Below, one piece after another: positions 63,820 through 64,000 of a stretch of DNA of 64,000 nt. The notes beneath the pieces were generated by a model. It saw only the letters and a program-made list of their open reading frames with translations. It did no database searches and had not been told where the DNA came from. Both the position numbers and the translations under genes were made by a program. Numbering within the stretch: the stretch's first letter is position 1; every line of letters begins with the position of its first letter. Source of the stretch: Antedon mediterranea (lineage: Eukaryota > Animalia > Echinodermata); NCBI RefSeq assembly GCF_964355755.1, contig NC_092679.1, positions 1,828,201 through 1,892,200 of the forward strand, in the 5' to 3' direction.

Positions 63820-64000
63820 TTCTCTGAACGTAGGGGAATGAGCTGTTAGGAGCTCATTGTACTAAGCCTCGGCATTATGTGGTAGGGTGGCCAGTTCCTT
63901 TCCACGCCGCCTTTTTTCTCCCTAGTATTTTCAACCAGGTACTCATTTTACAGCTGAGTGGACTGGGAGTTGTCGGGTATTGAACCCGGGTCTATCTGTA
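63820..64000 (-). mobile_element. SINE fragment (same family as 9103-9270)
   Basis: Its reverse complement aligns with 9103-9270 over ~165 bp. Confidence 0.7.

Overview
AT-rich eukaryotic genomic DNA, probably a marine invertebrate (a deuterostome such as an echinoderm is an inference). Four spliced genes were reconstructed by hand. (1) The last two coding exons and ~3-kb 3'UTR of FoxN2/3 (+). (2) TMEM223 (-). (3) A complete 19-exon, 781-aa PPP1R21/KLRAQ1 (FERRY subunit Fy-2; +, 6474-58762), head-to-head with TMEM223. (4) The last three exons of GNPAT (-), ending in the peroxisomal signal AKL. Most ORFs in the supplied track are artefacts of introns and tandem repeats. The introns carry MITEs, SINEs, a truncated RTE-like LINE with a nested piggyBac-like element, and several minisatellites. 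The most unusual signals are in PPP1R21 splicing: a 54-bp x14 array that copies an exon's 5' splice site in frame; a 17-bp x6 array that copies a 3' splice site, where only the last AG is productive; and a perfect polyY-CAG|GTAAGT candidate recursive-splicing point near the middle of a 25.7-kb intron. The two giant 3' introns hold many enhancer-like islands, and the FoxN2/3-PPP1R21 linkage mirrors human FOXN2-PPP1R21.
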